A stretch of 64,000 nt of DNA from a bacterium (GTDB taxonomy: Bacteria > Joyebacterota > Joyebacteria > Joyebacterales > Joyebacteraceae), in NCBI GenBank assembly GCA_025774935.1, contig JALGZK010000001.1, forward strand, positions 66,331 to 130,330, in the 5' to 3' direction. The position numbers and the translations under genes were made by a program. Shown in pieces: positions 36,479 to 47,056 of this stretch. Within the stretch, counting starts at the first letter, position 1; each line of letters starts with the position of its first letter. The notes below the pieces were generated by a model. The model made no database searches and had not been told where the DNA came from. It worked only from the letters and a program-made list of their open reading frames with translations.

Positions 36479-38173
36479 ATGGCGACACACGAGAGAGCCG
36501 AGGGGCTCGATTTCGTCCGCACGAAGGTCGCGGAGGACACTCGCACCGGGAGATACGACGGGCGGGTCCACACGCGCTTTCCGCCGGAACCGAACGGCTA
36601 TCTGCACATCGGCCACGCGAAGGCGTTCAACCTGAACTTCTCGATCGCGGAGGAGTTCGGGGGCCTCTGCAATCTCCGATTCGACGACACGAACCCGACC
36701 GCCGAGGAGACCGAGTACGTCGAGTCGATCATGGAGGACATCCACTGGCTCGGCTACGATTGGGGCGACCGCCTCTTCTACGCGTCGGACTACTTCCAGC
36801 AGCTCTACGACTACGCCGTCGATCTCATCCGGCGGGGGAAGGCGTACGTCTGCGACCTCTGTCCCGATGACATCCGCGCCTACCGGGGGACCCTCACGGA
36901 GCCCGGGAAGAACAGCCCCTACCGCGACCGGACGATCGAGGAGAACCTCGACCTGTTCGAGCGCATGAGGGCAGGGGAGTTCCCTGACGGCGCGCGGACG
37001 CTCCGCGCGAAGATCGACATGTCGTCGCCGAACATCAACCTCCGCGATCCGGTCATCTACCGCATCATCCACGCCGAGCACCACCGGACCGGAGACAAGT
37101 GGTGCATCTACCCCATGTACGACTGGGCGCACGGTCTGTCCGATTCCATCGAGGGTGTCACACACTCGATCTGCTCGATCGAGTTCGAGGACCACCGCCC
37201 GCTCTACGACTGGTTCCTCGATGCGCTCGAGGTCTATCACCCGCAGCAGATCGAGTTCGCCCGGCTCTACGTGAGCCGCTTGATCCTGTCGAAGAGGAAG
37301 CTCCTCCAGGTCGTGGCCCGGGGGCACGTCGACGGGTGGGACGACCCGAGGATGCCGACCCTCGCGGGCCTGCGCCGGCGCGGATATACCCCGGAGTCGA
37401 TCCGGGAGTTCATGAGGCGCGTCGGGGTGGCGAAGACCGACAGCGAGATCGACGTCGCCCTCCTCGAGCACTGCGTGAGGGAGGACCTCAACGCGCAGGC
37501 GCCGCGGGTGATGGCGGTGCTGAACCCGCTCCGCGTGATCATCGAGAACTACCCGGAGGGCCAGGTGGAGGAGTTCGAGGCGGTGAACAACCCCGAGGAC
37601 CCCGAAGCCGGCTCGCGCACGCTCCCGTTCTCCCGCGTCGTCTACATCGAGCGCGAGGACTTCGAGGAGGATCCTCCGAAGAAGTTCTTCCGGCTGGCGC
37701 CCGGCCGCGAGGTGCGTCTCAAGCACGCGTATTTCGTGCGCTGCAAGAGCGTCGTGAAGGACGAGTCGACAGGCGAGATCCTCGAGCTCCGCTGCACTTA
37801 CGATCCCGAGACCAAGGGCGGCGACGCTCCCGACGGGCGCAGGGTAAAGGGGACGCTCCACTGGGTGTCGGCGGAGCACGCGGTCGACGCAGAGGTGCGG
37901 ATCCTCGACTACCTCCTGCGAGAGCCCGACCCGGAGAGAGACGCCGGGGCGGAGCTCGACGATCTCATCAACCCGACCTCACGGACCGTGCTCACGGGCT
38001 GCAAGGTCGAGCCGAGCCTCGCGGACGCTCCACCGGGCGGTCGCTACCAGTTCCTGCGTCAGGGCTACTTCTGCGCCGACAGCGTCGACTCGAAGCCGGG
38101 GGCGCCGGTCTTCAACAGGACGGTGTCGCTCCGGGACACCTGGGCGAAGATCGCGAAGGCGGGCGGCAGGTAG
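36479..38173 (+). CDS. glnS: Glutamine--tRNA ligase
   Basis: [47 protein letters not shown]. Confidence 0.96.
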   Translation: MATHERAEGLDFVRTKVAEDTRTGRYDGRVHTRFPPEPNGYLHIGHAKAFNLNFSIAEEFGGLCNLRFDDTNPTAEETEYVESIMEDIHWLGYDWGDRLFYASDYFQQLYDYAVDLIRRGKAYVCDLCPDDIRAYRGTLTEPGKNSPYRDRTIEENLDLFERMRAGEFPDGARTLRAKIDMSSPNINLRDPVIYRIIHAEHHRTGDKWCIYPMYDWAHGLSDSIEGVTHSICSIEFEDHRPLYDWFLDALEVYHPQQIEFARLYVSRLILSKRKLLQVVARGHVDGWDDPRMPTLAGLRRRGYTPESIREFMRRVGVAKTDSEIDVALLEHCVREDLNAQAPRVMAVLNPLRVIIENYPEGQVEEFEAVNNPEDPEAGSRTLPFSRVVYIEREDFEEDPPKKFFRLAPGREVRLKHAYFVRCKSVVKDESTGEILELRCTYDPETKGGDAPDGRRVKGTLHWVSAEHAVDAEVRILDYLLREPDPERDAGAELDDLINPTSRTVLTGCKVEPSLADAPPGGRYQFLRQGYFCADSVDSKPGAPVFNRTVSLRDTWAKIAKAGGR

Positions 38174-38196
38174 GCGGCGTCCCGCGGGGTGGCACA

Positions 38197-38757
38197 GTGG
38201 AAGCTCGCGTCTCAAGAGAGGACCTCGCTCGCGTCGCCGTCATCGGAACGAGCTGCGCGGGAAAGACGTGGACGGCCTCGCGACTCGGGGAGATCCTGGG
38301 GTCGAAGCATCTCGAGCTGGACGCGATGTACTGGGGCCCGGAGTGGGCGGAGTGTCCGGCCGAGGAGTTCCGCAGGAAGGTGAGCGCAGAGCTCGACTGC
38401 GACCGCTGGGTCGTCGACGGGAACTACCGGGTGGTGCGGGACCTCGTCTGGGACAGAGCGACCGCGGTCGTGTGGCTGAACTACGCGTTCCCGCTCGTCT
38501 TCGGGCGAGCGGTCAGACGGACCGCGCGGAGGGTGGCCACCGGGGAGAGGATCTTCTCCGGGAATCGGGAGACCTTTCGGGCCGGGTTCCTGAGCAGGGA
38601 CGCGATTCCCTGGTGGGTCGTGAGGACGTTCAGACGCCGGAAGCGCGAGTACGCCGCGCTCCTTGCCGACCGGACGGGTCCGGGGTTCGCGGTGATCGAG
38701 CTCAGGCATCCTCGTGACGCGGACGAGTTTCTCAGGTCACTCACGTCCGTGTCGTGA
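38197..38757 (+). CDS. Adenylate kinase-like / FlaR-type P-loop protein
   Basis: GTSCAGKT; WVVDGNY. Confidence 0.8.
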   Translation: MEARVSREDLARVAVIGTSCAGKTWTASRLGEILGSKHLELDAMYWGPEWAECPAEEFRRKVSAELDCDRWVVDGNYRVVRDLVWDRATAVVWLNYAFPLVFGRAVRRTARRVATGERIFSGNRETFRAGFLSRDAIPWWVVRTFRRRKREYAALLADRTGPGFAVIELRHPRDADEFLRSLTSVS

Positions 38758-38804
38758 GACTCCGAGTCGAGAGGCCGGGCGGCCGGCCTCGGGAGGAGGT
38801 ACGG

Positions 38805-39212
38805 ATGGCTTCGATCAGAAAGGCGCTGCTCTTCGGATTCCTCGTGTGGCTCATCCCGTTCGTTGTCGCGTTCGCGGTCTTCCCGTTCCGTGAGGCCAAC
38901 CGCGCGCTCTTCGAATCGATCATGGCGGTGATCCTCGCCGTGGCGACGGTCGTGTTCGGGCTCCTCTACATGCGGGGAGTGACGAGGCGGTTCGTCGTCG
39001 AGGGGATCCTGATCGGCGCCATCTGGTACGCGATGAGCGTCGCGATCGACGCCCCGCTCATGCTGCTGGGCGGTCCGATGAAGATGGGCTTCGGGGAGTA
39101 CATGGCCGACATCGGACTCACGTACCTCATGATCCCGGCGGTCACGATAGGCCTCGGTTTCGCCGCAGCGAGGGCCGTGCGGGCGGCCTCGCGTGAGGCG
39201 GCGGCCGACTGA
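38805..39212 (+). CDS. Hypothetical four-TM membrane protein
   Basis: GGAGG RBS; GFLVWLIPF...YMADIGLTYL. Confidence 0.75.
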   Translation: MASIRKALLFGFLVWLIPFVVAFAVFPFREANRALFESIMAVILAVATVVFGLLYMRGVTRRFVVEGILIGAIWYAMSVAIDAPLMLLGGPMKMGFGEYMADIGLTYLMIPAVTIGLGFAAARAVRAASREAAAD

Positions 39213-39249
39213 GTCGCCGGACGCTGTGGGTCAGGCGTTTGGAGAACAC

Positions 39250-39990
39250 GTGGCGTTCTATTCCGACTTCGCTGAGTACTACGACGCCGTCTTCCCACTG
39301 GAGGAGGACGTGCTCGCATACCTCGCGAGCTACCTCGCGAGCGGGAGCCGGCGCGTCCTCGACGTCGGGTGCGGGACGGGCGATTTCTGCGGGCGGTTCG
39401 CGGCGATGGGGCTGGAGGCGGTCGGGGTCGACGTCGACCCGAAGATGATCGAGGCGGCGCGCAGGCGGTATCCGGATGCGACCTTCGAGATCATGGACAT
39501 GCTCGAGGTCGGGAGGCTGGAACCTCCCTTCGACATGGCCTACTGCATCGGGAACGTCGCAGCGCACATCCCGCAGGACGCGCTCCCGCGGTTCCTAGCG
39601 GACGTGGCCGCGCTCCTCGGCCCCGGTTCTCCCTGGCTCCTTCAGACAGTGAACTGGGACTACGTCCTCGGACTCGAGACGTTCGAGTTCCCCGACACGC
39701 ACGTGGAGATGCCGCTCGCGGAAGGCGCGAAGGACGCGCGCGAGGTGGTGTTCTCGAGACGCTACGAGAGCATCGCCGAGGAGCGACTCCACTTCCTGAC
39801 GAGGCTCACGGAGGACGGCGAGACGGTGTTCGAGGGGGACGTCTGGCTTCATCCCGTGAGACGCGACGAGTACGTCCGAATCCACGAGGGTTCGGGCTTC
39901 ACCCTCCTCGGTCACTTCGCCAACTTCCGGCGGGACCCCTTCGTGTCTGACCGGCAGTCTTCGAGCGTGTACGCGTTCCGCCGGCTCTGA
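39250..39990 (+). CDS. Class I SAM-dependent methyltransferase
   Basis: VLDVGCGTG; CIGN. Confidence 0.88.
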   Translation: MAFYSDFAEYYDAVFPLEEDVLAYLASYLASGSRRVLDVGCGTGDFCGRFAAMGLEAVGVDVDPKMIEAARRRYPDATFEIMDMLEVGRLEPPFDMAYCIGNVAAHIPQDALPRFLADVAALLGPGSPWLLQTVNWDYVLGLETFEFPDTHVEMPLAEGAKDAREVVFSRRYESIAEERLHFLTRLTEDGETVFEGDVWLHPVRRDEYVRIHEGSGFTLLGHFANFRRDPFVSDRQSSSVYAFRRL

Positions 39991-40066
39991 CGGGTGTGAA
40001 CAGCCTCGCCCTCCGCGCGGCCACCCGTTCCGTGCGTTCGTCACCGGGCGCGCGAGGAGGTGCCCC

Positions 40067-40879
40067 ATGCGACTGCCCTTCTACCAGGCCGACGCATTCA
40101 CGAACGAGCTCTTCCGCGGAAATCCCGCGGGCGTCGTCATGCTCGACGAGGAGCTGCCGGAAGCGACGATGCAGTCGATCGCGGCCGAGAACAACGTCTC
40201 CGAGACGGCGTTCGTCATCCGGGGAGTGGAGCCGCTCCGGCTCCGCTGGTTCACGCCGAAGATCGAGGTCGACCTCTGCGGCCACGCCACACTCGCGACG
40301 GCGTGCGTGCTCTTCAAGAGGAAGCGCGCGGGCGACGACGCGCTCACGTTCACATCGCAGAGCGGGCTCCTCACCGTCGTCCGAGATGGGGACGATTTGA
40401 TGATGGACTTCCCGGCGCGACAGGGGACGCCCGTGGCCGCGAGCGACGAGCTCGTGGCGGCCCTGGGCGCGAGACCAGGAGAGGTGGTGTCGAGCAACAG
40501 CCTCATGGCCGTCTTCGAGACCCAGGCGGACGTCGCGGCGCTCAGACCGGACTTCGAGAAGATCAAGGCGCTCGACGCGCTCGGCGTGATCGCGACCGCG
40601 CCGGGAGACGACGCGGACTTCGTGTCACGGTTCTTCGTGCCGAAGACCGGCATCCCCGAGGACCCGGTGACGGGCTCGACCCACACGACCCTGACGCCGT
40701 ACTGGTCCGAGCGCCTCGGGAAGAAGAGCCTCCGGGCTCTCCAGATCTCCGAGCGCGGCGGTGAGATCCTCTGCGAGGACAGGGGAGAGCGGGTGGGTAT
40801 CGGTGGGCGGGTCGTGATCTACCTCGTGGGCGAGATCGAGGTGGGTGGGACGCCCGGCTGTCACGGGCCCGACGCATGA
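40067..40879 (+). CDS. PhzF family isomerase/epimerase
   Basis: DAF....F.GNPA; SETAF; EVDLCGHATLA; EDPVTGS. Confidence 0.92.
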   Translation: MRLPFYQADAFTNELFRGNPAGVVMLDEELPEATMQSIAAENNVSETAFVIRGVEPLRLRWFTPKIEVDLCGHATLATACVLFKRKRAGDDALTFTSQSGLLTVVRDGDDLMMDFPARQGTPVAASDELVAALGARPGEVVSSNSLMAVFETQADVAALRPDFEKIKALDALGVIATAPGDDADFVSRFFVPKTGIPEDPVTGSTHTTLTPYWSERLGKKSLRALQISERGGEILCEDRGERVGIGGRVVIYLVGEIEVGGTPGCHGPDA

Positions 40880-40985
40880 GCGCTGTCGAAACCCCGACCC
40901 GGGATGAGTGGCGGCACCGAATGGAGACACAACACAGGCAGGCGGAAGAGCGAACGGCCGCCCGGACGGAACACGGAGGAGACAC

Positions 40986-42131
40986 GTGAAAGAGAGCATC
41001 AAGGCGAGGACGGTCTACACGGGCAGGAAGGTCGTGAAGGACTCGTACGTCGTCTTCGACGGCGCGAAGCTGGACGGCGTCTCGAAGACGAAGAAGGGAA
41101 AGGTCATTGGGGAGTGCAGCGTCGTCACACCGGCGTTCATCGACCCGCACAGCCACATCGGCATGTTCCGTTCCGGCGAGCCGAGCGCTGAGGGCGAGGG
41201 CAACGAGCAGATGGAGGCGCTCATGGCGCTTCCGGACGCGCTCGACTCCGTCCAGATGGACGACATGGCATTCAAGGACGCGATCGAGCTCGGTGTTCTC
41301 TACTCGTGCGTCGTGCCGGGCAGCGGGAACATCATCGGCGGACTCTCGGCGGTGATCCGGCACTACGCGAAGAACACCTCTGACGCCATGTTCACGCGCT
41401 CGGGTGTCAAGGCGGCGTTCGGGTACAACCCGATGTCGACCGTCGAGTGGAAGGGCAAGCGGCCGTCGACCCGCATGGGAGCGATAGCGATCCTCCGAGC
41501 GAAGCTGGATGAAGTGAAGCGCAAGGTCGAGAAGCGCAGGAGGGCCACCGGCAAGAAGAAGGAGGAGGTCACGTTTTCCGCGGAGGAGGCGATCCTGCGT
41601 GACGTGCTCGCGCGGAAGCTCAGGCTCCGCGTCCACGTCCACAAGATCGACGACATCGCGACCCTCCTCCGGATCGTCGATGAGTTCAATCTCGACGTCA
41701 CGGTGGAGCACGCGTCCGACGTGCACGAGCCCGAGATCTTCCAGGCCCTTGCCAAGAGGAAGATCCCGGTCTTGTTCGGTCCCATCGACGCTTTCGCATA
41801 CAAGGTCGAGCTCAAGCACGAGAACTGGCGGAACGTGAAGCACCTCATCGAGTCGGGCGTTGAATACGGCCTGATGACGGACCATCCGGTCTGCGCGGCG
41901 CGGCAGCTCTTCTACCAGACGCGGTGGTTCACGCGGCTCGGCCTCTCCAAGCAGGAAGCCGTCGAGCTCGTGACTCGGAAGAACGCGGAGATCCTCGGCA
42001 TCGACAAGGAACTCGGAACGCTCGAGCGGGGGAAATGGGCGTCGTTCGCGTGCTGGAACGGGGATCCGTTCGACGTGACGGCATACCCGACGGCCGTCTA
42101 CGGGGAAGGCGAGCTCCTGTTCGCGGAATAG
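40986..42131 (+). CDS. Amidohydrolase family protein
   Basis: PAFIDPHSHIG; HVHK; EH; TDHP. Confidence 0.88.
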   Translation: MKESIKARTVYTGRKVVKDSYVVFDGAKLDGVSKTKKGKVIGECSVVTPAFIDPHSHIGMFRSGEPSAEGEGNEQMEALMALPDALDSVQMDDMAFKDAIELGVLYSCVVPGSGNIIGGLSAVIRHYAKNTSDAMFTRSGVKAAFGYNPMSTVEWKGKRPSTRMGAIAILRAKLDEVKRKVEKRRRATGKKKEEVTFSAEEAILRDVLARKLRLRVHVHKIDDIATLLRIVDEFNLDVTVEHASDVHEPEIFQALAKRKIPVLFGPIDAFAYKVELKHENWRNVKHLIESGVEYGLMTDHPVCAARQLFYQTRWFTRLGLSKQEAVELVTRKNAEILGIDKELGTLERGKWASFACWNGDPFDVTAYPTAVYGEGELLFAE

Positions 42132-42199
42132 CGAGCGCCGCGGAGAGGCGCGGCGGTAGGCAGTAGCGGAAGGCGGGGACGGAGGGGAGGGGGGCGAGC

Positions 42200-43069
42200 G
42201 TGGCGGACCTCCGGACAGGCACGTGCAGCTGGAAGTACCCATCGTGGGCGGGCATCGTCTACTCGGCTCCAAAGGGGATCGACTACCTTGCCGAGTACGC
42301 GCGGCGCTACGACACGGTCGAGGTCGACCAGTGGTTCTGGTCGCTCTTCCCCGGGGCGCGGCCGAAGCTCCCGAACCCGGCCGACGTCCGCGCGTACCGG
42401 GCCGCCGTGCCCGACGGCTTCCGCTTCACGGTCAAGATCCCGAACAGCCTCACGCTGACGCACTACTACGCCCGGGGGAAGGACGCGCCTCTCGTAGAGA
42501 ACCCGTCGTTCCTCTCTCACGAGCTTCTGACCGAGTTCCTGAGCAGGCTCGAGCCGATACACGACACGCTCGGTCCACTCATGTTCCAGTTCGAGTACCT
42601 CAACAGGAAGAAGATGGCGTCGCAGGCGGCGTTCCTGGACGCCATCGGGGAGTTCGTCGCGGGGCTCCCAAGCGGGTTCCGGTTCGGGGTGGAAATCCGG
42701 AACCCCAACTACCTCGACGATTCGTACTTCGCCTTCCTGCACCGGACTGGACTGGCGCCGGTCTTCCTCCAGGGCTACTACATGCCGCCCGTGACCGACG
42801 TGTTCGAGACGGCGCGGGAGACGCTCGCGGGAGGTGGCGCGGCCGTCATCAGGCTTCACGGTCCCGACCGGAAGGCGATCGAGAGAGAGACGGGGAAGCG
42901 GTGGAACGCGATCGTCGCCCCGAGGGACGAGGAGCTCAAGGGCATCGCGAGGATGACGAACGAGATCCTGGAGAGCGGCATCGATGTCTACGTGAACGCG
43001 AACAACCACTACGAGGGTTCCGCTCCGCTCACGGTCGAGAGGTTCAGACAGATGCTCCTCGAGGTGTGA
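42200..43069 (+). CDS. DUF72 domain protein
   Basis: GTCSWKY..W; F.FTVK; EIRN; RLHG; NNH. Confidence 0.9.
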   Translation: MADLRTGTCSWKYPSWAGIVYSAPKGIDYLAEYARRYDTVEVDQWFWSLFPGARPKLPNPADVRAYRAAVPDGFRFTVKIPNSLTLTHYYARGKDAPLVENPSFLSHELLTEFLSRLEPIHDTLGPLMFQFEYLNRKKMASQAAFLDAIGEFVAGLPSGFRFGVEIRNPNYLDDSYFAFLHRTGLAPVFLQGYYMPPVTDVFETARETLAGGGAAVIRLHGPDRKAIERETGKRWNAIVAPRDEELKGIARMTNEILESGIDVYVNANNHYEGSAPLTVERFRQMLLEV

Positions 43070-43091
43070 GTCCGGAGGAAGGGGTGACGCT

Positions 43092-44036
43092 TTGCGAACG
43101 ATCCGGCTGCTGGCGGCTCTCGTCCTCGTCGTGTCGACGGCGTCGGCGGCGTTCGCGTCGTCCTGCTGCGCCGGTGGCAGTAGCGGCGGTGCGACCGATG
43201 CGAAGGACGGGACCGGCGTGACGACGCGCGTGATGAGCTTCAATGTTCGGTACGGGACTGCGCAGGACGGCGACAACGCCTGGGAGCGGAGGCGCGATCT
43301 CGTCGTCGATACCGTCAGGGCGTTCGAACCGGATCTCATAGGCGTCCAGGAGTCCCTCGGCTTCCAGAGCGAGTACCTTCACGAGCACCTTCCGGGATTC
43401 GGTTTCGTAGGCGTCGGACGAGACGACGGCACGGACGCAGGCGAGATGTGCGCGATTTTCTACAGCCGGTCGGCGTTCGACCTGCTGGACTCGGGGCACT
43501 TCTGGCTCAGCGAGACGCCGGAGGTGCCGGGAAGCGTCAGCTGGGACAGCGCGCTCACGCGGATGGCGTCCTGGGTGAGGCTCCGGGGGCGAGACGTCCC
43601 GGTGGACCTCCTCTTCGTGAACACTCACTTTGATCACGCGGGCGAAACGGCCAGGATGCGCTCGGCGGAGCTCGTGCTGGAGCAGGCGCGTGAGCTCGCA
43701 GGGGGCATTCCCATCATCGTTGCGGGCGACTTCAACGCACCGGCGGCTGCCTCGGCGGAGGGACCGTACACGGTGCTGACGGGGTCCAGCGAGAGCGCGT
43801 TGGTCGACACGTACTCGGCAGCCGGAGGAGAGGACAGGGGAGACGACGGGACGTTTAACGCGTTCGAGGGGCGGACCGGTGGTGCGCGCATCGACTGGAT
43901 CCTGGTCTCGCGCGAGGTCGAGGTCCTCGGGGCAGGGATCGACCGTTCCGAGCGCGAGGGGCGATACCCCTCCGACCACTTCCCTGTGACGGCCGTCGTT
44001 CGGGTCGCCGCTGGGGAGGCGAGTGGGACGAGATGA
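43092..44036 (+). CDS. Exported endonuclease/exonuclease/phosphatase family protein
   Basis: Signal peptide; SFNVR, GVQE, NTHFD, GDFN, IDWI, SDH. Confidence 0.92.
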   Translation: MRTIRLLAALVLVVSTASAAFASSCCAGGSSGGATDAKDGTGVTTRVMSFNVRYGTAQDGDNAWERRRDLVVDTVRAFEPDLIGVQESLGFQSEYLHEHLPGFGFVGVGRDDGTDAGEMCAIFYSRSAFDLLDSGHFWLSETPEVPGSVSWDSALTRMASWVRLRGRDVPVDLLFVNTHFDHAGETARMRSAELVLEQARELAGGIPIIVAGDFNAPAAASAEGPYTVLTGSSESALVDTYSAAGGEDRGDDGTFNAFEGRTGGARIDWILVSREVEVLGAGIDRSEREGRYPSDHFPVTAVVRVAAGEASGTR

Positions 44037-44926
44037 CGAAACAGACGAGGGCATACCTCTACGGGTTCTCCGCGGTGATCCTCTGGTCGACCGTTGCTTC
44101 TGCCTTCAAGCTGACGCTCCGCCATCTCGACTACGCGCAGCTTCTCCTCTACGCGAGTCTGACGACGGTCGTCGTGCTCGCCGCGACGCTTCTCGGGACC
44201 GGCAGGATCCGCGAGGTGTTCCGGTGCACGCGCGAGCAGTACATTCGCTCGCTGTGGCTCGGGCTTCTGAACCCGTTCGTGTACTACCTCGTCCTCTTCA
44301 AGGCCTACGACCTCCTGCCGGCGCAGGTCGCGCAGCCGCTCAACCACACGTGGGGGATCGCGCTCCCGCTTCTGTCGATTCCGCTGCTCAGACAGAGGAT
44401 CCACGCGAGGGAGATCGCGGCCGGCCTCGTCTGCTACACTGGGGCTCTCATCATCTCTACCGGAGGCGACCTCCGTGGGTTTCGGGTCGACAGCCCGCTC
44501 GGAGTGGCTCTGGCCATGGGGAGCGCCGGCCTCTGGGCGATCTACTGGATCTACAACACGATGGACGAACGTGAGCCAGTCGTGGGGCTCTTCCTGAACT
44601 TCCTCTTCGGCACTCCGTTCGTGCTCGTGTACTGCCTGGTCTTCTCGGACGTCCGCGTCTCGTTCGGACCGGGGCTTCTGGGGGCGGTGTACGCCGGCGT
44701 GGTGGAGATGGCCCTCGCCTTCGTCTTCTGGCTCAAGGCGCTCAAGCTCTCCGAGAACACCGCGAGGGTCGGGAGCCTCATCTTCGTGGCCCCTTTCCTC
44801 TCCCTCGTCTTCATCCACTTCCTTGTTGGCGAGGAGATCCTCGGAGCGACGGTCGTGGGGCTCGCGCTCATCGTGGCCGGGCTCTTCGCCGGCCGCCCGC
44901 CCGGAAGACGCGCCGTGGCGGGGTAG
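44033..44926 (+). CDS. DMT/EamA family transporter
   Basis: About ten TM segments; LWSTVASAFK; LNPF.YY..LFKAY. Confidence 0.88.
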   Translation: MTKQTRAYLYGFSAVILWSTVASAFKLTLRHLDYAQLLLYASLTTVVVLAATLLGTGRIREVFRCTREQYIRSLWLGLLNPFVYYLVLFKAYDLLPAQVAQPLNHTWGIALPLLSIPLLRQRIHAREIAAGLVCYTGALIISTGGDLRGFRVDSPLGVALAMGSAGLWAIYWIYNTMDEREPVVGLFLNFLFGTPFVLVYCLVFSDVRVSFGPGLLGAVYAGVVEMALAFVFWLKALKLSENTARVGSLIFVAPFLSLVFIHFLVGEEILGATVVGLALIVAGLFAGRPPGRRAVAG

Positions 44927-44979
44927 GGCTCTTGCCGTCCGTGTGACTTCGGAGTGGTCGCGTCACTGGAGGCATCGTC

Positions 44980-46914
44980 ATGGGATCGAACCTCGCGCGC
45001 AAACTCATCGAGTCGCATCTGGTCGAGGGCAGCATGGACGTCGGTCAGGAGGTCGGCATCCGGATCGACCAGACGCTCTGCCAGGACGCCACCGGGACGC
45101 TCGTCATGCTCGAGCTCGAGGCCATGGGCCTCGAGAGCGTCCGCACGGAGGTCTCCGTGCAGTACGTAGACCACAGCCTCCTCCAGGTTGACTTCCGAAG
45201 CCCCGACGACCACCTCTTCCTCAGAAGCGCGGCGCAGAGGTTCGGGGTGTGGTTCTCGAGGCCGGGGAACGGCGTGAGTCACCCGGTGCACATGGAGCGG
45301 TTCGGCGTGCCCGGGAAGACCCTCCTCGGGTCGGACAGCCACAGCTCGGCGGCCGGTTCTCTCGGCATGCTCGCGATCGGCGCCGGCGGACTCGACGTCG
45401 CGGTGGCGATGGCGGGCGAACCGTACTACCTGGTCATGCCGGAGGTGATGGGGGTGTGGCTGACAGGCGAGCTGCCGGACTGGGTGAGCGCAAAGGACGT
45501 CATTCTCGAGATGCTCCGGCGGCACGGCGTGGCCGGCGGGCGGGGGAAGATCGTCGAGTACAGCGGGCCGGGCGTCGCGGCGCTCTCCGCCATGGACCGG
45601 CACGTCATCGCGAACATGGGCGCCGAGCTCGGGGCGACGGGCTCCGTCTTCCCGTCGGACGACGAGACCAGGAAGTTCCTGAGGTCGCAGCGACGGGAGG
45701 ACGCGTGGGTCCCGCTCTCCGCGGACGACGGCGCGGAGTACGAGGAGCGCGACGAGATCGACCTCTCGGCGCTCGAGCCCCTCGTCGCGCTTCCGACGAG
45801 TCCGGGGAACGTGGTCCCGGTGCGCGACGTGGCGGGGAAGGAGATCTACCAGGCGTACGTCGGCTCGTCCTCGAACCCCGCCCTCCGCGACTTCGCGACG
45901 GTCGCCATGATCGTCGACGGGCGTCAGGCGCACGACCGGGTGTCGTTCGACATCAACCCGGCGTCGCGACAGGTCCTCGAGAACCTGGCAGCGCTCGGGT
46001 ACCTCGAGAAGCTCATCCACGCGGGAGCGCGGATCCACCAGGCCGGCTGCAACGGTTGCATCGGGATGGGGCAGGCGCCCGCGACGGGGAAGATCAGCCT
46101 GCGGACGGTTCCGAGGAACTTCCCCGGCCGCTCCGGGACGAAAGGCGACCAGGTTCATCTCGTGAGCCCGGAGACGGCGGCCGTGTCGGCACTCACCGGC
46201 GTGATCACGGACCCGCGAACGCACGACGCGCCGTACCCGCGGTTCGTCGAGCCGGAGGAGATCCGCATCAACACCGACATGCTCCTCGAACCTCCGCCGC
46301 CCGGGACGCCCGTCGAGCTCGAGAAAGGGCCGAACATCAAGGCGCTGCCCTCCTTCGACGCGCTCCCCGAGGCGCTCGAAGGACCCGTCCTTCTGAAGGT
46401 GGGAGAGGACGTCTCGACGGACGAGATCATGCCAGCGGGTGCGAGGGTCCTGCCGTACCGGAGCAACATCATGGAAATCAGCCGCTTCGTCTTCGGGCAG
46501 GTCGACGAGACGTTCTACTCGCGTGCGGTCGACCACGGGAGGACGCCGTTCTTCGTCATCGCGGACGGGAACTACGGCCAGGGGTCGAGCAGGGAGCACG
46601 CCGCGCTCGCACCGAGGTACCTGGGGCTCCGGGCCGTTCTTGCGAGGAGCTTCGCGCGCATCCACTGGAAGAACCTGGCGAACTTCGGAATCCTGCCGCT
46701 GACGTTTCTGAACGAGGAGGACTGCGCGCGGATCGAGCAGGGAGACCAGCTGGTCCTCCCGGGGATCCGGGAGGCGATCGAGGCCGGTGGCGCCGTCGTG
46801 GTGCGGAACGCCACCAGGAACGAGATCTACGAGCTCGAGCACGCTCTGAGCTCCCGTCAGGTCGAGATGGTGCTGGCGGGAGGCCTCCTGAACGTCGTCA
46901 AGGCCGGGCTCTGA
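44980..46914 (+). CDS. Aconitate hydratase (short, Aquifex-type)
   Basis: QDATG, DH, GSDSH, CNGCIG, RNF, STDEI.P, NYGQGSSREHA. Confidence 0.92.
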   Translation: MGSNLARKLIESHLVEGSMDVGQEVGIRIDQTLCQDATGTLVMLELEAMGLESVRTEVSVQYVDHSLLQVDFRSPDDHLFLRSAAQRFGVWFSRPGNGVSHPVHMERFGVPGKTLLGSDSHSSAAGSLGMLAIGAGGLDVAVAMAGEPYYLVMPEVMGVWLTGELPDWVSAKDVILEMLRRHGVAGGRGKIVEYSGPGVAALSAMDRHVIANMGAELGATGSVFPSDDETRKFLRSQRREDAWVPLSADDGAEYEERDEIDLSALEPLVALPTSPGNVVPVRDVAGKEIYQAYVGSSSNPALRDFATVAMIVDGRQAHDRVSFDINPASRQVLENLAALGYLEKLIHAGARIHQAGCNGCIGMGQAPATGKISLRTVPRNFPGRSGTKGDQVHLVSPETAAVSALTGVITDPRTHDAPYPRFVEPEEIRINTDMLLEPPPPGTPVELEKGPNIKALPSFDALPEALEGPVLLKVGEDVSTDEIMPAGARVLPYRSNIMEISRFVFGQVDETFYSRAVDHGRTPFFVIADGNYGQGSSREHAALAPRYLGLRAVLARSFARIHWKNLANFGILPLTFLNEEDCARIEQGDQLVLPGIREAIEAGGAVVVRNATRNEIYELEHALSSRQVEMVLAGGLLNVVKAGL

Positions 46915-47056
46915 AGCGGGGAACGCGCTGCCAGGGCCGCCGGGACGGAAATCGGGAATCCAAGCCCCTCGCAATGCGTCGAAGTAGTGATTGCTGAATT
47001 CGCTCAGATACCTGAGCACACCTCGGCCGGCATAAGTCAGACACAGAGGAGTCATC

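Noticed and set aside
36308-37879. Long antisense ORF opposite glnS (sense/antisense synthetase coding idea)
   Set aside because: No class II synthetase motifs; the same shadowing occurs opposite most genes here.
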